A stretch of DNA of 64,000 bases from Carpediemonas membranifera BICM (taxonomy: Eukaryota > Protista > Fornicata). The translations under genes and the position numbers were made by a program. Shown here piece after piece: positions 11,256-22,551 of the stretch (position 1 is its first letter; each line of letters starts with the position of its first letter). The stretch covers positions 606,656-670,655 of the forward strand of contig JAHDYR010000011.1 of the NCBI GenBank assembly GCA_019828565.1, read 5' to 3'. The notes beneath the pieces are model-generated. The model made no database searches and was not told the DNA's origin. It worked only from the letters and a program-made list of their open reading frames with translations.

Positions 11256-13737
11256 CTTCCCCCCCATGCTCTGTTAAGAGCATCACGAAAAGGATACCAT
11301 TGTTAATCAGGTCTTGGGGGAACAGCCCAAGAGTGCTGACCCTATAACCGTCGATCGCTGGGGAATGACCAGTGATCCGGGGATGCCAACTAAGTTCAAC
11401 TTAGAGGGCTGACCGTCGCGCACACGGGACTTGCGTGTACGCCGGATAGTATCCGTTGACTAGGCTGACGACATAGCGTCCTAAGCCATCGCCCGGCGTG
11501 GAGTCCACCCACGGAAATTCTCTAAAGATTTTCTAGATTGCGCAAAGATTCTACAGATTCGAAAAGACTCGTGGTACCACTAAATAAGCGCGCTGTGTCA
11601 TGGGTATCTTACCTGGGGATCCTGCCCCTCCTAGTAGTCGATACATACCAGTGTTCTGTCTGATTGCATCAAACCGTGCAGGTTATGTCATGCATTCGGC
11701 TTGATTCGGAATAGTTGGCGGTTTGTGCTCCTCTTCCGCTATTTCTTACATAGGCTTCAAAAATGCAGTTAACTAGCTCCAATTCCGCTTCCTTGGCGAG
11801 ATACGGGAGTTTTCTTCTCTTCGTCTCCGCTCGGACTTCTTGTGCCCAGAATACGAGCTCCATCATGAATAACCAACATCAAAACCACGTTCTTCGTATA
11901 AACTTTGTCCATTATCACTTCTTGGAGGTGTTTTTCTTCCCCTTTTCCTCGAGATCTCGTCTCGGCATAAAACGCGCGAGAGAATACGTGAACGGCTGTC
12001 CCTTGGCCAGTATTGGCTATACAGGCGTGCTCAGCGTCTGTAACTTGCGCGGTGGGTGTCCTCCTGAGATTATATAACTCATGTATACATGTAAATCAAA
12101 TCTGGGACGCCTCCCAGATTTCAAACGGCGCTATGACAAACGTAGAGGAGGAACTCTTTGCTGCAATCGACCAGTATATGACGGCCAATCCTACTGGTGT
12201 GCTCATCTCCGATCTTCAGGCCTTGAAGCGAAAGCATGTCGAGCTGCTGAATGGTGACGGCTCCCAGGAAGCTACTGAAGGTTCTCACACGCCTCCATCC
12301 ACTGAAAACACCGCTGAGAACACCGATGGTGATGCCATTTCGCACCAAGAAGCTGGTTCAGCTCCCGATCGCACCGTTCTCCGACCTCGACGCTCCGGAC
12401 GGCACATCACCGACTGCCATCCCGAATCTGCTCAGACCACAATCACCCGCACGAGTGAGCTGGGCGCTGAGTTCAACCAGCGTGTCGTAGAGGTCCCTGT
12501 CCGCCCATTCCACCGACAGACCCGCTACCGCGCCAATGTCGAAACCCCTAGGGCTATTGTGACCGTCGCCGAGCCGACCGAGCCCGCCGAACCTCTTCCG
12601 GCACGCGAGCAGCGTCAGGTCGAGACCTTCCGCACCACCTTTGCGGAGATCAGCACTGCTCGCTTCTCCAACTGCTTCGAAGTCAATTTCACAGCCCTCC
12701 TCGACCGAGTTCAGACCGGGAAGCTCTTCGGCAGCGCTATGACCGAGGTCACGGTGTGATCACTAAGGAAAAAGACTTTACAAAGCGAGCTCGACACAAG
12801 GGTGTCGAGCTGGACGGATCAAGACCGTATCAAATACGTATCTCATATATAAATGGCTGACACTTCCCCCATGCTCTGTTAAGAGCATCACGAAAAGGAT
12901 ACCATTGTTAATCAGGTCTTGGGGGAACAGCCCAAGAGTGCTGACCCTATAACCGTCGATCGCTGGGGAATGACCAGTGATCCGGGGATGCCAACTAAGT
13001 TCAACTTAGAGGGCTGACCGTCGCGCACACGGGACTTGCGTGTACGCCGGATAGTATCCGTTGACTAGGCTGACGACATAGCGTCCTAAGCCATCGCCCG
13101 GCGTGGAGTCCACCCACGGAAATTCTCTAAAGATTTTCTAGATTGCGCAAAGATTCTACAGATTCGAAAAGACTCGTGGTACCACTAAATAAGCGCGCTG
13201 TGTCATGGGTATCTTACCTGGGGATCCTGCCCCTCCTAGTAGTCGATACATACCAGTGTTCTGTCTGATTGCATCAAACCGTGCAGGTTATGTCATGCAT
13301 TCGGCTTGATTCGGAATAGTTGGCGGTTTGTGCTCCTCTTCCGCTATTTCTTACATAGGCTTCAAAAATGCAGTTAACTAGCTCCAATTCCGCTTCCTTG
13401 GCGAGATACGGGAGTTTTCTTCTCTTCGTCTCCGCTCGGACTTCTTGTGCCCAGAATACGAGCTCCATCATGAATAACCAACATCAAAACCACGTTCTTC
13501 GTATAAACTTTGTCCATTATCACTTCTTGGAGGTGTTTTTCTTCCCCTTTTCCTCGAGATCTCGTCTCGGCATAAAACGCGCGAGAGAATACGTGAACGG
13601 CTGTCCCTTGGCCAGTATTGGCTATACAGGCGTGCTCAGCGTCTGTAACTTGCGCGGTGGGTGTCCTCCTGAGATTATATAACTCATGTATACATGTAAA
13701 TCAAATCTGGGACGCCTCCCAGATTTCAAACGGCGCT

Positions 13738-15066
13738 ATGACAAACGTAGAGGAGGAACTCTTTGCTGCAATCGACCAGTATATGACGGCCAATCCTACT
13801 GGTGTGCTCATCTCCGATCTTCAGGCCTTGAAGCGAAAGCATGTCGAGCTGCTGAATGGTGACGGCTCCCAGGAAGCTACTGAAGGTTCTCACACGCCTC
13901 CATCCACTGAAAACACCGCTGAGAACACCGATGGTGATGCCATTTCGCACCAAGAAGCTGGTTCAGCTCCCGATCGCACCGTTCTCCGACCTCGACGCTC
14001 CGGACGGCACATCACCGACTGCCATCCCGAATCTGCTCAGACCACAATCACCCGCACGAGTGAGCTGGGCGCTGAGTTCAACCAGCGTGTCGTAGAGGTC
14101 CCTGTCCGCCCATTCCACCGACAGACCCGCTACCGCGCCAATGTCGAAACCCCTAGGGCTATTGTGACCGTCGCCGAGCCGACCGAGCCCGCCGAACCTC
14201 TTCCGGCACGCGAGCAGCGTCAGGTCGAGACCTTCCGCACCACCTTTGCGGAGATCAGCACTGCTCGCTTCTCCAACTGCTTCGAAGTCAATTTCACAGC
14301 CCTCCTCGACCGAGTTCAGACCGGGAAGCTCTTCGGCAGCGCTATGACCGAGGTCACGGCTGCTTACGTCTCTGCCGACATCCTTCGTCGGTTCGCGGAG
14401 GTGACGGCCATCGGGTGCGCTCTCCAGCGCTCCATGGAGGGTGTCCAAGACACTCGCGCCGTAGCCGCGGCTCTGGTCCAGGGCGGGACGAGCGACCGGT
14501 TTGCCACAAACCACGTCGCCACAGCTGAGGGAGCCCTCCTGGCGCTGAAGCGCACTCGAGAGCCGGGTGCCACGGTCTCTCGTGATGTGGTGGTGGACCT
14601 CCTCAAGCGCGTGGTGATGGCAGGCCGACACCCAGCCATGTTCTCGCTGCTTATGGCGGCTGAGAACCGCGGTGCCTCGCGCCTGACCGCCACCCGCTCC
14701 CGCGACTTCGTTCGGGCCTATTGGACCTGTGTCCGGCTTGAGCATCTCCCGGCTATGGAGCTTGCCATGAACAAGGAGCTGTTCACGCTCCAGCTCACGG
14801 ACACGTCCGCCGCGTACGGTGTGGTGGAGGTCAAAGAGCACATCGAGCTCTACGAGAACGCCCGCCAGGAGGAGTCGTTCATCCTGCTCGTCCAGTTTTC
14901 GGGCTATCCGCTGCCGTCACTGACCTTCCTGACCCAGGATCTTTGCCGCACCATGCCTGTCACTCGTTATCTCAACGAGCATAACTTATGGCGTCGTGTT
15001 CGTCGGCGCTGGGAGCATGACGGCATCTTCTTTGAGCTTGGTGACAGCCTTGGTGCCATTGAATAA
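13738..15066 (+). CDS. E1 antisense accessory protein (~442 aa) with C-terminal chromo-like domain
   Basis: Intact ORF converging on pol. Homologous to the E3 antisense ORF (LKRVVMAGRHPAMFSLL..RDFVRAY vs LRRAIMLGNDPDLYDMM..REFSRQY). Truncated copies at 10525-11151 and 12133-12759; a 3' fragment at 29303-29962. Confidence 0.8.
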   Translation: MTNVEEELFAAIDQYMTANPTGVLISDLQALKRKHVELLNGDGSQEATEGSHTPPSTENTAENTDGDAISHQEAGSAPDRTVLRPRRSGRHITDCHPESAQTTITRTSELGAEFNQRVVEVPVRPFHRQTRYRANVETPRAIVTVAEPTEPAEPLPAREQRQVETFRTTFAEISTARFSNCFEVNFTALLDRVQTGKLFGSAMTEVTAAYVSADILRRFAEVTAIGCALQRSMEGVQDTRAVAAALVQGGTSDRFATNHVATAEGALLALKRTREPGATVSRDVVVDLLKRVVMAGRHPAMFSLLMAAENRGASRLTATRSRDFVRAYWTCVRLEHLPAMELAMNKELFTLQLTDTSAAYGVVEVKEHIELYENARQEESFILLVQFSGYPLPSLTFLTQDLCRTMPVTRYLNEHNLWRRVRRRWEHDGIFFELGDSLGAIE

Positions 15067-15095
15067 ATCAGATTGTGACTCTCTCTGGGCGCCAT

Positions 15096-18000
15096 TTACT
15101 TGGCCCTTCCCAGGAATACATCCAGTGCTTCACAACCCTTGACATTCCCATATGGTTCCCATGTGTCCTCTGACGGCTCATATCCCAGCCATCTAACCCG
15201 GAACTTCCTGTCTCTCATCCTGGCCTCACTCGTCGACTCTAGTATGGACTCGACCAGATATTCACCGAGCGTGACTGCCGCGAGTTCCTGAGCCCGTTGC
15301 TCGGACAACTCACCCATAAAGGCGCGAACTCTCTCCGAGGCGACTTGGAACTCCTTCTTTGTGTTGACATCCTTGACGACATAGCCCACCGTGAGGTTCT
15401 GCCTCACGATAGGACGCACTAGCTTCATAGGCCCTCGCCATCCTGACGCCAACTTGGACGGCGGTCCATTCGGGTACTTGACCAACACATAGTCGGACGA
15501 GATAGGTGTCGTTGCTGACACTTTGTCTAGCGCATCTTGGTGCATGACCTTGATTCTCGCCTCTGCCAAGTCTCGGGCTAACTGAGCTGCTTGAACATTA
15601 CTGCTGGGCTGTCCAGCCATACTCTGGACGTCTGCCATCATCACGTCTGCCGGGACACGGAAATCGCTACCGAAGATGACCTCGGCCGGTGTTAAGCGTG
15701 TCGCGGTGTGGGGAGACGCGTTGACGATATACTGCGCGACAGGGAGGGAGTCTGACCACAACTCGCTCCGAAGCTGGTATTGCCTGTTGCGTAAAATGCG
15801 CTCAATGCGGCTGTTCGCCCGTTCCACAATGCCGTTTGACTGTGGATGGTACGGGGTGGTGACGTGAGTAGCAAACCCTACGCGCACCGATAGATCTGTG
15901 AATAGCTTGTTGACGAACTGCTTGCCACCGTCTGTCTGTAGAACTCTGGGCACGCCGTACCGGAGAATCCATCCGTTGACGAAGGCAGTCACAGCTTCGT
16001 CCGCCCTTGTGGACTTGAGTGGGACGAGCTCGGTCCACCGCGAGGCCATATCAATAATAACTAAGATGAACTTGTACCCGCGAGACTCTGGCAGGGGGCC
16101 AATAGTATCCATGGCTACCCGCTGGAACGGTCGCAGGCTCGCCGTGTGGAGGTACGGTCTGGACGCCTCGGCCGGCTTGGCGGTAAGTTGGCACACGGGG
16201 CAACGATCCATGACCCGCGCTACCCTATCCACTGGAGCCCGGAGCCCGTTAGATCTCAGCCACTCTACCGTCGTATAAACCGGGAGGTGGGCCTGGCCGT
16301 GCATATGAGCTGCCTGGATCTCGTCATCGGTAGCTGTTGCCTGTCTGGCAGTTGCGGAGAAGACTCGACTCAGCCCGTCCGCCGCTCCGTTGTCAACCCC
16401 GGCCACATGCTTCACTGTGAAGTCTAGGTCTGCGATTGACTCGTACCAACGCTGGACTTTTTGCGTTAGACGATCGTGACATGTAGACCAGGTTCCGGTG
16501 GTCAGTGAGGAGAGTAAACGACGTCCAGCACAGGAAACGGCGCCACCTCTGGAGGGCGGTGACAATCGCATACGCTTCCTGTTCGATCGTGCTCCAACGC
16601 GTCTGCACATCTGAGAACGCGTGGGACATATAACACACCGGCTTGCCGTCCTGGAGGAGAACACCCCCGATCCCGAGATCAGACGCGTCTGTCATGACCA
16701 CATGATCCTTCGAAACGTCAAAGTGCTCGAGTGCCGGTGCGTGGCAGAGGCGGTCCTTAACCTTGGCCAGCGCCTCTGCCTGAGGTAATCCGTCCGGAGC
16801 CTCCTTGCCGCTTGCCGCCCGGGCTAACGGTCGGATAAGCTCGGAGAAGTTAGGAACAAAGTCTCTCATAAAGTTGAGGAATCCCATAAGGGCCTGCGTG
16901 GCCTTCTTCGTCTTCGGTAGCCGCAGGCCTTCTACATCGCGGATCCTGTCTGGAGCAATCCGGAAACCCGAGCCGGACACAACCCATCCTAGGAACTCCA
17001 CTTCGGCTAGGCCGAAATGCGACTTCTCCTTGTTCAACGATAGCTTGAGCTCGTCACATCGGCGGAGCACCTTAGCGAGGTTGGCCAGATATTCCTGCTC
17101 CGAGCGTCCAAAGATGATAATGTCATCTATATATATAATGCAGGCGTCGCCTAAGAGGTCCTGGAACCCGCGCTCAATCGCGTACTGAAAGTGCGCGCCA
17201 GCGTTCTTCAGGCCGAACGGCATTCCGGTGTATTGGAACTTCCCACGGGGGGTCATAAACGCCGTGTATTGCCTAGAACGCTCGGTCAGCTCGACCTGGT
17301 GATACCCTTTCGAGAGGTCGAGAGTGGCGAAGACCTTGGCACCAGCAAGCCTGGTCAAGCACGTGTTAACCTCGGGGATCGGATAGTCGAATGGCGTGGT
17401 CAAATCATTGATTCTGCGGAAGTCTACGACCATCCTGGTCTTGTCCTTGCCCTTGGGGACGAGCAATGCTGGAGAAGAGTATGGCGAGAAGCTGGCCTCG
17501 ATGTATTTCTTCGACAGTAGTTCGTTGACGTGCTCGTCGAACAGGCCCTGCTTCTGGTACGGTATGTAATTGGATCTCGTGGCGACGACGCGGTCCTCCT
17601 TGAGTACGAGGTCGTATGGCTCTAATGCTGAGAACCCTTCTCGAGCATCAAAGCAATGAGCATAAGCTGCGAGGATGCGGTCATGAGTGAGAGTGTAGTC
17701 CGAAGACAGAGTATACGCCTGGAGCGGCTCAGGCTCTGGCACGAAAGGCTCCAAGGCGTCTTCATTGTCAGACTGAGACGGTTCACACAAGCTGGGGAGA
17801 ATACCCCACTCGACCATGGTCTGATATGACAAGAGGAGATCATAAGCACAGTCAACCCCATACGCGGAGACTGTGGTGGATAGACCTTTCGGGGTGAAAG
17901 GTGACTTACACATCTTCAACGGCACCTCATAACACGTATCAGTCTCGATCGTTCCACCCGGAGTCTTGATCTTAATGGGTGCAGCGAGCTTCGTCGGAAT

Positions 18001-18240
18001 GAGCTCGGCCGCTCTGGCGGAAGCCGGGTTGACAAGAGAAATGTCAGCACCACAGTCGAATAAGACACGGTGCCATGTGGTAGATTCGTCGCTACCCATA
18101 GGGACGACGGCACTCACGACGGGTAGGGAGCGCTGGCCTTCAGCCGCCGACGTAGAAACAGAGACAGAGAAGCATGATCTGGGGTTTACCTGACAGAACT
18201 TGTCTAGGTGCCCCGACTTGCCGCACTTCGCGCACACGGC
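15096..18240 (-). CDS. pol: E1 pol: protease, RT, RNase H, integrase, chromodomain (one frameshift near 16460)
   Basis: LFDCGA, LDLSKGYHQ, MPFGLKNA, YIDD, TDAS, HHCC, DTIGP/TDGG/SNGIVER and EYLVESIL..FRVRWLGYEPSEDTWEP. Confidence 0.95.
16883..18240. repeat. 1.36-kb direct duplication of E1 pol, second copy 26997-28355, flanking the LINE
   Basis: Identical ORFs offset by 10114 nt (e.g. 17191 and 27305). Confidence 0.95.
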
Positions 18241-18713
18241 AGTTCACCAATGATTTCAGCAAAGTGGAAACACTTCGATCATGGATGGACAAGGACCAAC
18301 AGGCCTGGCCTATATGGATAGGGCAGTGCCCCATGGAGCTCAGAAGGAGCGGCCTTGGCCTCCTGTCTGAACATTCAAGGGTTGCTATCAGGGCATACCG
18401 CTGGGCGCGAGTGGGAGCTCCACGCCCATACCAAGGAATCAAAGTGTCTTCATGGAACGTATGTTTACAAGGAAAAGGAAAACAACCGTCGAGGGCCAGT
18501 GCTAGCACCGGCGGCTACATGGTTTTGTCAAGACCACAAGGAAGGAAGGGCAGCACAAAAGGGAAACAGGGGCCGTCGATAGAGGCTAAAAAGGAGACTA
18601 CGAACAAAGCAACAACAACTACACAGAAAGGCCCCGCTACTCAGAAAAGGGCGACGCATTTTTAGGACCGCGCCTTTTTGAAAGAATGGCCTATATAGTA
18701 CGGAGCATGGACA

Positions 18714-21700
18714 ATGGGAGAAACTGGAAGGCCTGGACGGAGACCTCACCCGGATATGTACATGTGGCCCGACTTTCGGACCCAAAAATTCCGACCCAGT
18801 TTATGGACTAGGAAAAGGGGAGAAATTTTGCACTCAACAATGCAGGTAGAAATACCGACAAGGATCAGGGATTCCACGCAGAAGCAGTGGGAGGACATCA
18901 GGGAACTACTGGACAGCTTCCTCGCTGAAAGGAACGATTCAAGGACTCTACTTCTTCGTAGAACAGGCAAGTTTACAGGAAAGTCGCTCAATGCGAACTC
19001 CAAAGGACGCAAGGAAGTAATCATGAACGCCAGACGCATCCTCTTCGCAACCGGCGTCACTGACAACAAGGACATCATCCTCAGGAACCCATGCGGCATC
19101 CACGGCCTCCGCGACCTTTTCTACATGCTCACAGAGGCGCTCAACCCCAGAGACGAGGAAGCAAAGGACATGGCACAGGCACTGGAGCCCAAGACGCTGA
19201 AAGCGGGCTTCACTGGCATGGCAAGATGGCCATCTGAGAAGGACATCGAGACGGCGATCCTCAAGCCGAAGGAAGATGGGCCCATCGAATGGGATGTAGA
19301 CAGGGACAGCGTCAAGAAGGCCGAAGGGTCGTTCATACTGGTATCAGGGGCTCATGGAGACGAGGCCGTAGAAGGCGTGCCTTACGACAAGGTATGGGAT
19401 CCGGCAAACCAAGGCCCGGTCACCAGAGTGGCCTACGAGCAAGAGGACGGCAAGTACAGGGTCATCCTAGAGCTAAGCGACACGTCAGCATGGTCCATCA
19501 GCCGCTTCATGGAGGAGGCTAGGGACATCCTCAGGCTTCAGGCACCGGAGGCCCCGGCCATATGGCAGGCAGCATGGAACAAGTCAGGGATCTACCTGAA
19601 GGGCAGAACCAATATCCTGGGCGAAGGGGAGGAGACCCCCTTAGCAACGAGCCGCCGTTCCGGAAGGTGAGGCTGGAAGTGCTCAAGGCCACCTCGGTCC
19701 GCAGCAATAGGGACGAACATGCCGATCTGGACAGGTCGTCCGCTAGCACGGTCATCGACGGAGACGAGGAGCAACATGTCAAGGACAAGGAGGAACGACG
19801 CCAGCAGGCCACCATGCCCGGCAGAAGAAGCCTCGACGACAGCCTCCTGGAAGTGAACAAGGACATGGTCGGGGCCAACCAAGGCAAGATCGACCAGGAC
19901 GAGGAGGTCGACTCAAACAAGGTCAGCAGCCAGCCGCCGAGGATGCCTAGAAAGGACAAGGAGAAACGACTGGTGATCGGAGCCATCGACTTCGAGTGCG
20001 CAGACCCTGGCGTCAAGAAGGCAGGGATCCCTGCCATCCCGGTTGAGGGCGGGATCGTACTCTTTGACCTCAGCACTGGGGACATTCTTGGACACGGGCA
20101 TGGCCTGTATTACCAGGACATACCGGCAGCAAGCATGGACCAAGCGAGGTACACGGCATGGGCAGTGACGGGGCTGCCGCCGGCCACCTTCGTGGAGGTC
20201 GGGACGGGGCGGCCGCCGATCGAGTATGAGAAGCACATACATACTTTCAGGGACTGGGCCAACCGCCTGGCGGCTCAGCTGGCAAGGATCGAAAGGTCGG
20301 AGGGTTGGAAGATAATCATGTATGCAAAGGGGGTGGAGATGGAAAGCTTCCTCCTCACGAACCCCACAAATGGACTGGAGCAAGGAACCAGGGAATTCTT
20401 CCAAGCTAGGCTGGTGGACGAGAAGAAGCTACCAGAGATCCTGGAGAACAACGGCAAGGAGGAGGCTGGCCAAAACCTCAGGGACAACCTCGACAAGGCC
20501 AACTACCTGGAAGCAGTAACAACATGGTCAAATGGATGGCAGAACAGGAGCGAGCCCAAGGGAGTCTGTCCGTACCACAGACACACCGCGGGTTGCTACC
20601 ACTGTGGGTTGGCGGATACAGTAGTCTTCACAGCCAGGATCAGGGCCCTATGCAAGGAGAGGATGAGCACCCCAGACGTCTACCACTACATGGGTAAGGC
20701 ACTCGACAAGACCATGGAAGCAGTCGGGAAGGCGGAACCGGGCATGGATATCATGGGAGGCCCGGAATTCGCGACAAGGAGGGACACCTTTGAGATCTTC
20801 GGCACGTACCCGATCGGGGACGCAAGGGACGTCAGCAGGGAAGTCGGCGACAGGATCCTCGTAGTCCCGGACAACGGACACCGCTTCGGCATCGGCTTCG
20901 GGTTCGGGGAGGTTCTGTTGGGCATGAAGGGCATCTTACTGGCCCCCCTCACAATCATGGACAACGAAGGTGTACTGGAGAGAAGCCCGCTATGGACCAT
21001 CATGGAAAGAGCCACGGCTAACCAGCTCCGCATGGTACGCGTCAGGAAGGGCCTAGGGGCAGCAAGGGAGGAGGACATCATAACCATGGCCATGCTATAC
21101 GAGTGGTGGCCCTCGAAGGAGGCTACGGCTCATCAAGGAGTCTGGGGCTGCGACGACCTAGCAGAGAGCCTCAGGGACTGATGAGAAGGTCATAGTCAAC
21201 GTCAAGGCCCCCAGGAACAGGGGTAGGATCACCCTAGGGGCGAGCTTCATCCCGAGAGACTGGGGGCATGGTCAGGGTCAGCGAGGCTGGGACCATCCTA
21301 AGCCGCATGCGCAAGGAAGGGGCCAGACTAGTCTCGGCAGCTATCCCGGACGAGCCCAGAGCCAACACAGTCAATGTCCCAGGCATCACGTATGTCCCCA
21401 CCATCGACGGAAAGTCCGAACAGCCATACCAAAGTAGGTTCTTCGACAACGGCCTGGAGGAAAAGGCGAGGCGGATTAGCACCAGGATGGTGGGCAGGCA
21501 CTTCGGCCAGGACGCGGATCAAGGACATCACGACCAGCATGGAGACAGGGAAGAGGACAGAAGGGTAGGACACGGAGCCGGCGGTAGAGCTGGTGTCAGA
21601 GCTGACGACAGAACCGGCGACAGAGCTGGTAACATGAACAGGACCTCGGATCGTAACCACGGAGGAGACGACAGGGAGAGACAGGACAACACGGGAACGC

Positions 21701-22218
21701 AGATGAGAGGCTCGTTCAGCGGGAACACCTGGGCCGGTAGAGGCTCAGAGGGAGGCATGGACAACAGCAAGGATCACTCTTCCTCCACGACGCTCAAGCG
21801 CAAGGAGGGCAGCACGAGTAGGATCATGGACTCGGACAGCGGAAAGAGAAGCAGGCACGAAGAGGACATGGACTGGGAGTCTGGAAGCAGACAGGCAACC
21901 GGCATGGACTCGGAGAAGCTGCGGCTCCGAAAGCAGTTGGCAGAGGCGCAACAAGAGATCTCAGCGCTCAAGGCTGCCCGACTCATGCAAGAGCAAGGCC
22001 ACGGAAGGTTGGTGCTCTCCGGCGTCGCGATTAAGCCCAGCAAGGAGAAGCCCACGATCCCCCGGCACAAGCACAAGAAGGCTAAGAAGGCCAAGCAGAT
22101 CTCACCCATGGACCTGATGACCCAGTTCATCACGGTAATGCAGAGTCTACAAGGACAGCAAGTGAGTCAGGCCGAGGACAGCTGCAGCGGCAGTGGGGAG
22201 TCCACGGAGGAGGAGTAA
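18714..22218 (+). CDS. LINE ORF1 (about 1165 aa if frameshifts near 19635, 21175 and 21264 are corrected) with a DEDDh/Maelstrom-like nuclease domain
   Basis: Three consecutive long ORFs joinable at homopolymer runs; AIDFEC..PVEGGIVLFDL..YAKGVEME..CPYH..HCGLAD; coiled coil and basic tail at the C-terminus. Confidence 0.65.
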
Positions 22219-22551
22219 GGACATGGTAAAGCAGTATTCTTTCAAGGAACAAGCAACATTTTCTTAATAATTCACAAGCCCTGGCTCCCACCCAGGGCCC
22301 GGCATTAGCTGAAATGCACTGCCGGTAGGCTGTAGCGGCAGCCAAAGGGGGGGTCACGTCATATCGTCCCCCCTCCTAAGTACCCTGCCCGAAGAATGGA
22401 AGGTCACCAGGTGGTAACAAGGTTGGCCTGACAAGGGTCACCGAGACCGGCATCTAGGCCCCTTGTTAGGACAAGGATAGCAGGAGAGGAGCGGGAAGCT
22501 GGGGCTCCCAAATTCTGGGAATTCGCAGGATAAGGAAACAGGACAAAGGCA

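Larger units (their letters stand above)
9540..14360 (-). repeat. Three tandem ~1607-bp units (E1 3' LTR + 3' UTR + start of antisense ORF)
   Basis: Near-identical units begin at 9540, 11147 and 12755; ORF track repeats at 10405/12013/13618. Confidence 0.97.

Noticed and set aside
13738-15066. env gene
   Set aside because: Antisense to pol, with no signal peptide or transmembrane segment.
22320-22500. Possible HDV-like ribozyme or IRES between LINE ORF1 and ORF2
   Set aside because: GC-rich stems are present, but I could not assemble the nested pseudoknot by eye; needs an Infernal or RNArobo search.
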